Shown one piece after another: positions 26,778-35,248 of a stretch of DNA of 42,033 nt. The stretch comes from Thermoplasmata archaeon (GTDB lineage: Archaea; Thermoplasmatota; Thermoplasmata; Lutacidiplasmatales; UBA184): the NCBI GenBank assembly GCA_030037035.1, contig JASHSA010000100.1, positions 1-42,033 of the forward strand, given 5' to 3'. Each line of letters begins with the position of its first letter. The first letter of the stretch is position 1. The notes under the pieces were generated by a model. It worked only from the letters and a program-made list of their open reading frames with translations, ran no database searches and was not told the origin of the DNA. The position numbers were made by a program, and so were the translations under genes.

Positions 26778-27072
26778 GCGCGCCGGTGCGGGTGAGCGGG
26801 ATCGCGATCGACGAGACGTTCGCCTCCCGTCCGTCGCGGTTGGTGAGGCGCTCGGTGTCGATCGTGATCGCGCCGACCTCGACCTGGCCCTCGAGGAACC
26901 GCCGCCGGACGACCTCGACGACGTCGACCGCCTTGCCGATCGCGTTGCCGCGGGCCTTGACGACGACCGGGCCCGCCCCCGAGTTCAGCTGGGTGACGAC
27001 CTGGAAGACGTAGGTCATCGTCGGCTTCAGGCCGATGAAGACGACCGGTCCGTAATCCTCGTCCCTCGGCAC
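26740..27072 (-). CDS. albA: DNA/RNA-binding protein Alba
   Basis: VVFIGLKPTMTYVFQVVTQL...VVVKARGNAIGKAVDVVEVVRRRF. The start is GTG 27072. The 3' end overlaps the convergent membrane-protein gene by 38 nt. Confidence 0.9.
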   Translation of the reverse strand: MPRDEDYGPVVFIGLKPTMTYVFQVVTQLNSGAGPVVVKARGNAIGKAVDVVEVVRRRFLEGQVEVGAITIDTERLTNRDGREANVSSIAIPLTRTGAPSAPPSGDPAAP

Positions 27073-27103
27073 GGCTTGGCGCCATGCGAGGCGCCGTACA
27101 TGG

Positions 27104-27111
27104 CCTTTATC
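27104..27111 (-). promoter_or_regulatory. TATA-like box (GATAAAGG on the minus strand) for albA
   Basis: An isolated AT-rich box 32-39 nt upstream of the albA start. Confidence 0.4.
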
Positions 27112-27154
27112 GCCGTGCGAGCGTCCGCCGCGCCCGGGGGCTCGCCGGCTTCAC

Positions 27155-27164
27155 AAAGGTTATC
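27155..27164 (+). promoter_or_regulatory. TATA-like box AAAGGTTATC for tRNA-Leu
   Basis: An isolated AT-rich box 32-41 nt upstream of the mature tRNA 5' end. Confidence 0.45.
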
Positions 27165-27195
27165 GCTCGGTCCCGGTAGCCGCGACGCGGGTCGT

Positions 27196-27280
27196 GCAGG
27201 GGTGGCCCAGCTTGGTCAAAGGCGCCAGGTTGAGGTCCTGGTCTCGTAGGAGTTCGTGAGTTCAAATCTCACCCCCTGCA
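27196..27280 (+). tRNA. tRNA-Leu (anticodon GAG), class II with long variable arm, no intron, CCA not encoded
   Basis: I folded this by hand. Acceptor stem GCAGGGG/CCCCTGC with discriminator A. D arm GCC-CAGCTTGGTCAAA-GGC. Anticodon stem CCAGG/CCTGG with loop TTGAGGT, giving anticodon GAG. Variable arm CTC-GTAG-GAG. T arm GTGAG-TTCAAAT-CTCAC. Confidence 0.93.
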
Positions 27281-27363
27281 TCCCTTCCGCGCACGCCGCG
27301 GCCGTGCCCGAGGGGGCCGCGCGCGTGCGGGCCGCATCTTAAGGCGGGAGCGCGCCTCGCACG

Positions 27364-28302
27364 GTGCGGTCGATGGCCGGGCGTCAGGCGTCGTGCGCGG
27401 TCTGCGGCGCGACGCTCTCGGCGACCGCCCGCGAGTGCCCGCGCTGCCACACCCCCGTCGGGCCGGACGGCGGCGGGCGAGGGTCGCCGGGCGTCGCCGA
27501 AGGTCCGCTCCTCGGGGACCTCCCCCGACGTCTCGCCCGATTGACGCAGTGGGCGGACGCGGCCGAGACGCTCGGGGTCGAACTCCCCTCGCTCGCGAAG
27601 TGGGCCGAAGAGGCCGCGACCCGCTCTCGGAACCCCGAGGCGTGGAGCGAGGTCGTACGGGGCGTCGAGCGGCTCGCGCAGCGCCGCCTCAACGAGGCGT
27701 TCGACCGATGGGAGGAGCGGACGAACGGCCGCATCGGCCGGCTCGAGGCGTACTCCGTCGACAGCCGGCTCGAGCGAGGCCAGGTCGAGGACGCGGTCCA
27801 CGCCGCGAAGGTCGGGGACGTCGCGCAGGCGCTCGCGACGTTCCAGCAGGTCGACCGGGTCGTCGCGCTCAAGGAGCGTCATCTCGATCAGGCGCGCGGG
27901 GACCTCGAGCGCCTCGTGGCGTTCCTGAAGGACCTCGAGGCGATCGGCCTGGTCGAGACCGGAGAACCGGCCGAGGTCGCCGTCGAGCTCGAGCGCGACC
28001 TGCGCACCGGCCGGCTCGCGCCGCTCAAGTCGCGCCTGCGGCTGCTCCGCTCTCGCGCCGTCGCGCGCTCGCAGGAGGCGCTGCCGGAGCTGGTCGCGCG
28101 CCTCGGCGACCGGCTCGTCCCCGAGGTCCGGGGCCATGCCGAGCTGCCGGACGCCCGGGAGCTCGCGACGGCGGCGCGGGCGATCGTGCTCGGTCACGCC
28201 GAGGACGGCGCCCGACGGATCCGCGCGCTCAGCGCGAAGCGGGGCCTGTTGCCGGCGCCCCGCCCGAGGGCGGCCGCGGGCGACCGAGCGTCGGCCGGCT
28301 AG
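27364..28302 (+). CDS. Hypothetical protein: N-terminal zinc ribbon plus long all-helical/coiled-coil region
   Basis: 312 aa with CAVCG...CPRCH at the N-terminus. The remainder is Leu/Arg/Glu/Ala-rich and predicted helical. Third-position G/C is high. A TATA-like TCTTAAGG lies at 27337-27344. The start is GTG 27364 or ATG 27373. No family was recognised. Confidence 0.6.
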   Translation: MRSMAGRQASCAVCGATLSATARECPRCHTPVGPDGGGRGSPGVAEGPLLGDLPRRLARLTQWADAAETLGVELPSLAKWAEEAATRSRNPEAWSEVVRGVERLAQRRLNEAFDRWEERTNGRIGRLEAYSVDSRLERGQVEDAVHAAKVGDVAQALATFQQVDRVVALKERHLDQARGDLERLVAFLKDLEAIGLVETGEPAEVAVELERDLRTGRLAPLKSRLRLLRSRAVARSQEALPELVARLGDRLVPEVRGHAELPDARELATAARAIVLGHAEDGARRIRALSAKRGLLPAPRPRAAAGDRASAG

Positions 28303-28829
28303 AGCAGCAGTTCGAACAGCCGGACGTCCTCGCCCCAGTCGTGCTTGTGGAGGAGTCCGCCCTCGCGGAAGCCGAGCTTGCGGAACAGCGCGGCGGCCGC
28401 CTCGAAGCGGGCGAGCGGGTCCGACCAGACGGTCACGGCGTTCGACCGACGGGCCCACTCCACGGAGGCGGTCAGCAGGGCGCCGCCGGCCCCCAGGCGG
28501 CGCGACTCCGGGTCGACCGCGAGGTGGACGAGCCGGAACGCGCCGTGGCGAGGCTCGACGCCGACGACGCCGACGAGATGGCCGGCGCGTCGCGCGGCGA
28601 AGTACGTCACGCCCTCCATCCAGCTCGTAAACTCGAGCGGCGTCGGGACCCACGTCTTGACGAGCTCCGCCGGCAGTCCGTTCTCGGACTCCCAGACCTT
28701 CTTGTACAGCGAGCAGATCGCCGGGATGTCCTGGTGCGTCACCCGCTCGACCGCGAGCTCGCCGGCGGGCTTGTCCGTGCTCGCCGGCGCGCGCTCGACC
28801 CGTCGGTCCGACCCGTGCTCCGTTGCCAC
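28299..28829 (-). CDS. GNAT family N-acetyltransferase
   Basis: Motif A HLAVDPESRRLGAGGALL, and a C-terminal FRKLGF. The start is GTG 28829. The rest of the 403-aa track ORF is an Arg-rich extension running into asnS. Confidence 0.8.
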   Translation of the reverse strand: MATEHGSDRRVERAPASTDKPAGELAVERVTHQDIPAICSLYKKVWESENGLPAELVKTWVPTPLEFTSWMEGVTYFAARRAGHLVGVVGVEPRHGAFRLVHLAVDPESRRLGAGGALLTASVEWARRSNAVTVWSDPLARFEAAAALFRKLGFREGGLLHKHDWGEDVRLFELLL

Positions 28830-28903
28830 GCTGGGTCCCCCGATGAGCGAGCGGCTGCGCCTACGCGCTCGCCCGCACTTGAGCCTTGCTGCGGCGACGC
28901 GCG

Positions 28904-30223
28904 CTACGGAGTGTGGCGTGACGGCGTCCGCGGGAACGGGGTCGTCTCGCGGATGTGCTCGCGCCGAAGGATCCAGCGGAGCATCCGCTCGATGCCGAGG
29001 CCGAAGCCGGCGTGCGGGACGCTGCCGTGGCGGCGCAGGTCGAGGTACCAGTCGTACTCCGCGACGCTCCCGCCGGAGGCCTCGAGGCGCTCGGTGAGGC
29101 GCGCGAGGTCGGTCTCGCGGCAGGAGCCGCCGATCATCTCGCCGTAGCCCTCCGGCGCGAGCAGGTCGGCCGCCTCGACGGTGCGCGGGTCGTCCGGCGA
29201 GCGGAGCATGTAGAACGCCTTGAGCTCCTTCGGAAAGTGCGTGACGAACACCGGCCGGCGCTCCTCGAGCGTGAGCGCGCGCTCCTCGGCGGTCCCGAGG
29301 TCGCTGCCCCACCGGACCGGGAACCCCTGGGCGGCGAGCCGGTCGATCGCCTCGGCGTACCGGAGCCGGGGGAACGGCGCGTCGACCGCCCGCAGCTCCT
29401 CGGGGGGACGGCCGAGGGCGGCGAGCTCGGTCGGCCTCCGCTCGGCGAGCGCGTGCGTCGCCGCGACGACCATCCGCTCCTCGAAGGCGAGCAGGCCCTC
29501 GAGGTCGCACCAGGCGAGCTCGACCTCAAGGTGAAGGTACTCGGTGAGGTGGCGCGGCGTCCGGGACTTCTCGGCGCGGAACGACGGGGTGAGCGCGTAG
29601 ACCCGTTCGTTGGGGAACAGGAGCGCCTCCAGGTAGAGCTGCGCCGTCTGCGAGAGGAAGCCGGGGCGACCGAAGTAGTCGATCTGGAACGCCTCGGCGC
29701 CGCCCTCGGCGGCGTTCCCCGAGAGGACCGGCGGGGTCATCTCGAGGACCTCCTCGCGGTCGAGGAACTCGCGCAGCGCGCGCAGCAGCTCCGCCTTCAG
29801 GCGGAACGTCGCGACGTGCTCCTGCGAGCGGACGACCAAATGGCGCTTGTCGAGGCGGAACTCCTCGCTCTGGTCGGCGAAGATCGGGAACGGCGCTCCG
29901 GCGTCGACGACCCGGATCGCGCTCGCGCGGACCTCGCGGCCGCCGGGCGCACGGCGGTCCTCGGCGACGGTCCCGTCGACCTCGACCGCGCCCTCGACCT
30001 GGACGTGCTCGGCGGCGTCGAACGCCGCGTCCCCGAGGACGTCGCGCTTGCCGGTGACCTGGACGCTCCCGGTGCGGTCGCGCAGCAGGAAGAACAGGAT
30101 CCCGCCGCTCGAGCGGGACCTCAGGACCCAGCCTCGCAGCCGCACGGGGAGGCCGAGCGCCTCCGGGGCGAACGCCCGTGCGACCGGCTCGTAGCCGGCT
30201 CGGCTCACTGGTACTCCCGCCAT
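28904..30223 (-). CDS. asnS: Asparagine--tRNA ligase
   Basis: Class IIb motifs FRAEKSRTPRHLTEYLHLEVE, EMIGGSCRE and WYLDLRRHGSVPHAGFGLGIERML, plus an N-terminal OB fold (VRLRGWV...GGILFFLLRD). The start is ATG 30223, or GTG 30208 forming GTGA with the tfs stop. Confidence 0.88.
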   Translation of the reverse strand: MAGVPVSRAGYEPVARAFAPEALGLPVRLRGWVLRSRSSGGILFFLLRDRTGSVQVTGKRDVLGDAAFDAAEHVQVEGAVEVDGTVAEDRRAPGGREVRASAIRVVDAGAPFPIFADQSEEFRLDKRHLVVRSQEHVATFRLKAELLRALREFLDREEVLEMTPPVLSGNAAEGGAEAFQIDYFGRPGFLSQTAQLYLEALLFPNERVYALTPSFRAEKSRTPRHLTEYLHLEVELAWCDLEGLLAFEERMVVAATHALAERRPTELAALGRPPEELRAVDAPFPRLRYAEAIDRLAAQGFPVRWGSDLGTAEERALTLEERRPVFVTHFPKELKAFYMLRSPDDPRTVEAADLLAPEGYGEMIGGSCRETDLARLTERLEASGGSVAEYDWYLDLRRHGSVPHAGFGLGIERMLRWILRREHIRETTPFPRTPSRHTP

Positions 30224-30513
30224 TTGTGGCCGCACTTCGTGCACTCGAAGATGCGCGTCTCGGGCTCGTCGGCCCCCCGCGTCTGGCGGAGGACCCAGTA
30301 CGCCTCGCCGTTCCCGCACTTCGGGCACGTCTCCTGGGCCTTCGGCAGCGTCACGGTCTTCGTCTCGACGACCGCGACCTCCCGCCCCTGCGGGGTCGAA
30401 CGACCGACCTCGACCCCTCGGCCGAGGGGGAGGGTGTGCCCGCACCCCGAGCACCTCCAGACGTGGCCGGCGCGGTCCGGGCGCATGAGGCGCTTGCACT
30501 TCGGGCAGAACAT
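30205..30513 (-). CDS. tfs: Transcription factor S (TFS) / RNA polymerase subunit M-like
   Basis: An N-terminal zinc ribbon CPKC...CSGC and a C-terminal TFIIS-type ribbon CPKCG...QTRGADEPETRIFECTKCGHKW carrying the acidic DE hairpin. A TATA-like GTAAAGAA lies ~30 nt upstream. Confidence 0.9.
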   Translation of the reverse strand: MFCPKCKRLMRPDRAGHVWRCSGCGHTLPLGRGVEVGRSTPQGREVAVVETKTVTLPKAQETCPKCGNGEAYWVLRQTRGADEPETRIFECTKCGHKWREYQ

Positions 30514-30561
30514 GGGAGTCGGTTGGAGCGGGCGGGGGTTCTTTACGCTTCGGCGGCCGGT

Positions 30562-31971
30562 CTACCCCGAGAGCTGCTCCGGGGGCCCGGCACTCGACGG
30601 AGGCGCCTCGGGCGGGGCGACGCTCAGCGGGAGGGGAGACGGCGGCGCGCCGGGGCGCAGCAGCTGGCGCATGTGCTCCCAACGTCGCGTGAGGTCGGCC
30701 TGCGTGCCGATGTCGTGGCGGACGTAGAAGTGGCCCCGGACGTGCGCGAGCGCGCTCTCGACACGCTCGCCGGCCTCGTGGACCGCGCTCGCCTCCCCGA
30801 CGAGCGCGACCCCGCGGCCGGTGCCGAGGCGTACGGTCGCCGGCCCGACGGCCTCGACGCTCCCGTAGAGCACGTGGACCCCTTCCGCCTCGACCTTCGG
30901 CTCGTCGATCTCGAGCGTCCCGCCGGCCTCGGCGCGCGCGCCGTAGCCCGGCGGAACGAGGTACCGCACGACCGTCGCGCGACGGCGGAACCGCACGAGG
31001 TTGCGCTCCAGATGGCCGTTCGCGACGCCGAGCGCGAGGTCGGAGAAGTTCCCCTCCTCGTAGAGCGTGAGGGCGTTGATCCCCTCCGGGTCGCCGAAGC
31101 GGACGTTCCACTCGAGCAGCCGCGGGCCGTCCGCGGTGAGCATGAAGCCGCCGTAGAGCACGCCCCGGTAGGCGAGGCCCTCGGCCCGGAGCGCCGCGAC
31201 CGAGCCCTCGAGGATCCGCAGCGCGCGGTCGCGGTCGGAGGTCGAGAGGAACGGCAGGAGGTGGTCGCGCTGGGAGTACGACCCCATCCCGCCGGTGTTG
31301 GTCCCCCGGTCGCCCTCGAGCGCCCGCTTGAAGTCCTGGACCGCGGGCATCGGGGCGATCCCGTCGTCGGTCACGAACGCCATCTGGCTGAACTCCTCGC
31401 CCTCGAGCTTCTCCTCGAGGAGCACGGGGGCCCCCTGGACGAGCAGGCTCTTCGCGTACGACGCCCCGTCGCGCGGCCCGGCAAAATCCGAGCCCTGGAC
31501 CCAGACCCCCTTGCCGGCGGTGAGGCCGCTCGGCTTGACGACGAACGGTCCGGCGAACGCCGCGACCGCGGCGTCGACCTCCTCCTCCGTGCGGAGGACG
31601 GTGAACCGCGGCTGGCCGTCGACGCGATGCCGGGCGAGCAGCTCGCGGCAGAACGCCTTGGACGACTCGAGCCGGGCCGAGTCACGGTCCGGCCCGACGG
31701 TCGGCACGTCCGCCGCGCGCAGCGCGTCCCCGAGCCCGGCGGCGAGCGGCCCCTCCGGGCCGACGAACGCCGCGCCGACGCGTTCGCTGCGGGCGAACGC
31801 GACGATCTTCTCCACGGCGTCCGTCGGGAGGCGCGCGCGGGCGACCGCCGCCCGGTCGAGCCCGGGGTTCGCGTTCGGGCTCGCGACGACGACCTCGGCC
31901 TGGGCTCGCCGCAGCGCGAGGGCGATCGCGTGCTCGCGCGCTCCTCCGCCGACGACGAGCCAGCGCAGCAT
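30562..31971 (-). CDS. purD: Phosphoribosylamine--glycine ligase
   Basis: VVGGGAREHA, an ATP-grasp segment VVKPSGLTAGKGV, and NTGGMGSY. Confidence 0.92.
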   Translation of the reverse strand: MLRWLVVGGGAREHAIALALRRAQAEVVVASPNANPGLDRAAVARARLPTDAVEKIVAFARSERVGAAFVGPEGPLAAGLGDALRAADVPTVGPDRDSARLESSKAFCRELLARHRVDGQPRFTVLRTEEEVDAAVAAFAGPFVVKPSGLTAGKGVWVQGSDFAGPRDGASYAKSLLVQGAPVLLEEKLEGEEFSQMAFVTDDGIAPMPAVQDFKRALEGDRGTNTGGMGSYSQRDHLLPFLSTSDRDRALRILEGSVAALRAEGLAYRGVLYGGFMLTADGPRLLEWNVRFGDPEGINALTLYEEGNFSDLALGVANGHLERNLVRFRRRATVVRYLVPPGYGARAEAGGTLEIDEPKVEAEGVHVLYGSVEAVGPATVRLGTGRGVALVGEASAVHEAGERVESALAHVRGHFYVRHDIGTQADLTRRWEHMRQLLRPGAPPSPLPLSVAPPEAPPSSAGPPEQLSG

Positions 31972-32090
31972 CGCCCCCGGCCACGGGCCGGAGGCTAAAG
32001 GGGCTGCGGAAGCGCCGCCGTCCTCGCCGGCCGGCCGCCGCCAGAGTTAAGAACGGGGCCTCGGTGGCAATCGTTCCCGGACGGTCGTCG

Positions 32091-32378
32091 ATGGAGATCC
32101 GCGTCGTCGAGAAGGAGCACGACCTCCTGCGGATCGAGCTGCCGAAGGGGGAGGAGACGCTCCTCGTGCCGCTGGTCGAGGCGCTCCAGCGGGAGGAGAA
32201 GGTCGTCGAGGCCCGCTACCTCCTCGGGCACCCGTTCCTTGACCGCCCGACGCTCCAGCTGCGGACCAAGGGCGAGAAGCCCCAGCAGGTCCTCAAGCGG
32301 GTGCTCAAGGACCTCACCGATCTCTACGACGACCTGCTCGCCGACTTCGAGAAGAAGGCGGACAAGGTCAAGGCCTGA
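32091..32378 (+). CDS. rpoL: DNA-directed RNA polymerase subunit L (Rpo11)
   Basis: MEIRVVEKEHDLLRIEL.GEETLLVPLVEAL...ARYLLGHPFLDRPTLQLRT. The start is placed at ATG 32091. GTG 32064 from the track lies too close to the TATA-like AGTTAAGAA at 32045-32053. Confidence 0.85.
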   Translation: MEIRVVEKEHDLLRIELPKGEETLLVPLVEALQREEKVVEARYLLGHPFLDRPTLQLRTKGEKPQQVLKRVLKDLTDLYDDLLADFEKKADKVKA

Positions 32379-32394
32379 CGCGCGACCGGCTCCG

Positions 32395-33069
32395 ATGCTG
32401 AAGGAGTGCGCCCAACACGGCTACTTCCGGGCGGAGAACTGTCCGGTCTGCGGCCAGAGCGGCCGGTTCATCCTCAACGACCGCGAGCTCGACCACCTCG
32501 GACGGGTACTTACTGGGATCCTGAGACACTTCCCGGACCGCTACGGCCTCGCGGTCGACGCGCACGGCTGGATCGAGCTCAGCGCGATCGCCCGCGCGAT
32601 CGCCCAGCGCCATCCCGTCTACCGCTGGCTCCGCCCGCAGCACCTGGTCGCGATCGCCGAGACCGACGGCAAGGGCCGCTACGAGGTCCGGGACGACCGG
32701 ATCCGCGCGACGTACGGCCACACGCTCGAGATCGAGCTCGACCTGCCGACCGACGACATTCCGGAGCATCTCTACTATCCGGTCACCGCCGACGAAGCGG
32801 CGATCGTCCTCGAGGTCGGCCTTCGTCCCTCCGACCGCCGGAAGGTCCACCTGTCCAAGACCGCGGACGACGCCGTCGCCGCCGGCAAGGTCCGCACCCC
32901 GGAGCCGATCGTGCTCGAGGTCGACGTGCGGCGCGCCCAGAAGGACGGGATCGTGATCATGCAGGCCGGCAAGACCGTCTATCTCGCCGACCGGATCCCC
33001 GCCGAGCTGCTCCGCCGTACGGAGAGCCCGCCTTCGCCGGCGACCGATCCGGAACCCCGAGCCCCCTAG
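32395..33069 (+). CDS. kptA: RNA 2'-phosphotransferase (KptA/Tpt1 family) with N-terminal zinc-ribbon-like segment
   Basis: LTGILRHFPDRYGLAVDAHGWIEL, RIRATYGHT and VHLS. The N-terminus is CAQHGYFRAENCPVCG. The start is ATG 32395. Confidence 0.85.
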   Translation: MLKECAQHGYFRAENCPVCGQSGRFILNDRELDHLGRVLTGILRHFPDRYGLAVDAHGWIELSAIARAIAQRHPVYRWLRPQHLVAIAETDGKGRYEVRDDRIRATYGHTLEIELDLPTDDIPEHLYYPVTADEAAIVLEVGLRPSDRRKVHLSKTADDAVAAGKVRTPEPIVLEVDVRRAQKDGIVIMQAGKTVYLADRIPAELLRRTESPPSPATDPEPRAP

Positions 33070-33686
33070 GCGAGGCCGTCGTCCCCGACGTTCGACTCGT
33101 ACTCGGTCGACACGTAGACCGTGATCGTCGGGCCGCTCCCCGCGGCGTACGGGTTGTTCAGGACGAACGTGTAGTTGTCGGTGTAGAGCGACGTGAAGAC
33201 GATGCGCCCGGCGCCCTCGCTGGGGGTCGACCAGACCGGGCTACCGCTCCCGTTCTGCAGGAGGCGCGACCACTGGCTCTCGTTGAATACCGAGATCGAC
33301 ACCTCGGCGCCGTACGGCGCGATGCTCGTGAAGTTCCCCACGACGTAGTCGCCCCCGGTCACCTCGCCCGCGAGGATCCCGACGTACCCGGGCGCCACGC
33401 GGTACGTTCCCGAGGCCGTCAGCGGGTCCGCGACGTGGGGAGGACCGGCGAGGACGGCGGAGACGATCGAGTAGGCGAGGCCGACGACGACCCCGAGGAC
33501 GATCAGGGTGCGGAGCCAGCCGGCGAGGCGGACCCGTCGGCGGACCGCCCGCGGCGCCCGGGGGAGGGCGCCGGCCGCGACCGGCGCGTCCGCGCCGCAG
33601 ATCCCGCACGCCGTCGCGCCCGGCGCGACGGCCGTCCCGCAGTACCGGCAGGAGCCCCATGCGGTCCCGTCCGCCGCCGCGCCCAT
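33066..33686 (-). CDS. Hypothetical membrane-anchored protein: N-terminal zinc ribbon, one TM helix, beta-rich ectodomain
   Basis: 206 aa with CRYCG...CGICG, then an Arg-rich stretch, a TM helix (LIVLGVVVGLAYSIVSAVLAG), and a ~130-aa Ser/Thr/Tyr/Val-rich domain carrying four N-x-S/T sequons (NFT, NES, NGS, NYT). Confidence 0.6.
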   Translation of the reverse strand: MGAAADGTAWGSCRYCGTAVAPGATACGICGADAPVAAGALPRAPRAVRRRVRLAGWLRTLIVLGVVVGLAYSIVSAVLAGPPHVADPLTASGTYRVAPGYVGILAGEVTGGDYVVGNFTSIAPYGAEVSISVFNESQWSRLLQNGSGSPVWSTPSEGAGRIVFTSLYTDNYTFVLNNPYAAGSGPTITVYVSTEYESNVGDDGLA

Positions 33687-33743
33687 CGCCGTCGGGGAGC
33701 CGGCGGCGCCGCTTTTGGGGTTTCGTACGAACCCCGGCGCCGA

Positions 33744-35243
33744 TCAGCCCTTCTTCTTCGGCAGCGCGACGTTGAGCAGGACGTTCTTCGTCCGCGTGTA
33801 GCCCTCGAGCCCGCGGGCGCCCTGCTCGGAGCCGAGCCCGCTCTCCTTGAAGCCGCCGAACGGCGTCTGGGGGAACGTCAGCGGCGGCTCGTTGACGACG
33901 ACCATCCCGGCCTCGAGGCGGCGGGCGACGTGGTGGGCGCTCGCGAGGTCGCGCGTCCAGACGGCGGCGAACAGCCCGTAGGCGGTCGCGTTGGCGAGGC
34001 GGACCGCCTCGTCGACCTCCCCGAACGCGAACGACGAGAGGACCGGTCCGAAGATCTCCTCCCGGGCCGCCCGAGCGTCCGGCGCGAGCCCGTCGACGAC
34101 CGTCGGCTGGACGAAGTTCCCCTCCGCCAGTCGGTCCCCGCCCGCCTTCGCCCCGCCGGTGACGAGACGGCCGCCGTCGTCCCGGGCGGAGCGGACGTAC
34201 TCGAGGACCCGCGCCTCCTGGTCCCGGGAGACGAGCGGCCCCATCTCGACGCCCTCCTCGGTCCCCGGCCCGAGACGGGTCGCCTCGGCGATCGCCCGCA
34301 GCTTCGCGAGGAGCGTCTCCCGGACCGACTCGTGGACGATCAGGCGGGAGCCCGCCCAGCACATCTGGCCGGCGTTGCCGAAGATCCCGAGCGCGATCCC
34401 CCGGGCGGCGCGGTCAAGATCGGCGTCGGGGAGCACGACCACCGGGCTCTTCCCGCCCAGCTCGAGCGCCGCGGGGATCAGGCGCTCGGCGGCGAGCGCG
34501 GCGATCCGGCGACCGACCTCGCTGCTGCCGGTGAACGAGACCGAGCGGCAGCGCCGGTCCCGGACGAGCGCCTCGCCGAGCTTCCCGCCGGGGCCGGGGA
34601 CGACGTTCAGGACGCCGTCCGGGATCCCCGCCTCGCGCGCGAGCCGGGCGAGCCGGATCGCCGTGAGCGGCGTCAGGCTCGCGGGCTTCAGGACGACCGT
34701 GTTGCCCGCGGCGAGCGCCGGGGCGACCGAGCGCATCGCGAGCAGGAGGGGATAGTTCCACGGGGCGATGTGCACCGTGACCCCGAGCGCCTCGCGCACG
34801 GTGTAGTTGAGGCGGCTGCCGGGGACCGGGATCGTCGTCCCCTCGAGCTTGTCGGCGAGGCCGCTCACGTACTCGAGCGTCCGGACGACGAAGCCGACGT
34901 CGATGCGCGACTCGCGCAGCGTCTTGCCCATGTTCTCGGTCTCGAGCCGTGCGAACTCCTCGGCCCGCTCGTCGAGCAGCCGGGCGAGCCGCGCGAGCGA
35001 CCGTGCCCGCCTCGCGCCGTCCCCGCCGGCCCAGTCGGAGCCCTCGAACGCCCGCTGGGCGACCTCCATCGCCCGGGCGGCATCGTCCGCGGTCCCGACG
35101 GCGACGCGGGCGATCGGACGGTTCGTCGACGGGTCGAGGAGCTCGGCCGACTCCCCGCCCGCGGCGGGACCCTCGGCCCCGGCGACGAGGAGACCGTACG
35201 TCGAGTCGGCGGCCATCGACCCGGACGACCCGCCTGCCAACAT
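33744..35243 (-). CDS. NAD(P)-dependent aldehyde dehydrogenase
   Basis: ELGGKSP, catalytic FGNAGQMCWAGSR, EEIFGPV and PFGGFKESG. The start is ATG 35243, or ATG 35216 (MAADSTYGLLVAG). Confidence 0.9.
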   Translation of the reverse strand: MLAGGSSGSMAADSTYGLLVAGAEGPAAGGESAELLDPSTNRPIARVAVGTADDAARAMEVAQRAFEGSDWAGGDGARRARSLARLARLLDERAEEFARLETENMGKTLRESRIDVGFVVRTLEYVSGLADKLEGTTIPVPGSRLNYTVREALGVTVHIAPWNYPLLLAMRSVAPALAAGNTVVLKPASLTPLTAIRLARLAREAGIPDGVLNVVPGPGGKLGEALVRDRRCRSVSFTGSSEVGRRIAALAAERLIPAALELGGKSPVVVLPDADLDRAARGIALGIFGNAGQMCWAGSRLIVHESVRETLLAKLRAIAEATRLGPGTEEGVEMGPLVSRDQEARVLEYVRSARDDGGRLVTGGAKAGGDRLAEGNFVQPTVVDGLAPDARAAREEIFGPVLSSFAFGEVDEAVRLANATAYGLFAAVWTRDLASAHHVARRLEAGMVVVNEPPLTFPQTPFGGFKESGLGSEQGARGLEGYTRTKNVLLNVALPKKKG

Positions 35244-35248
35244 AGCGA

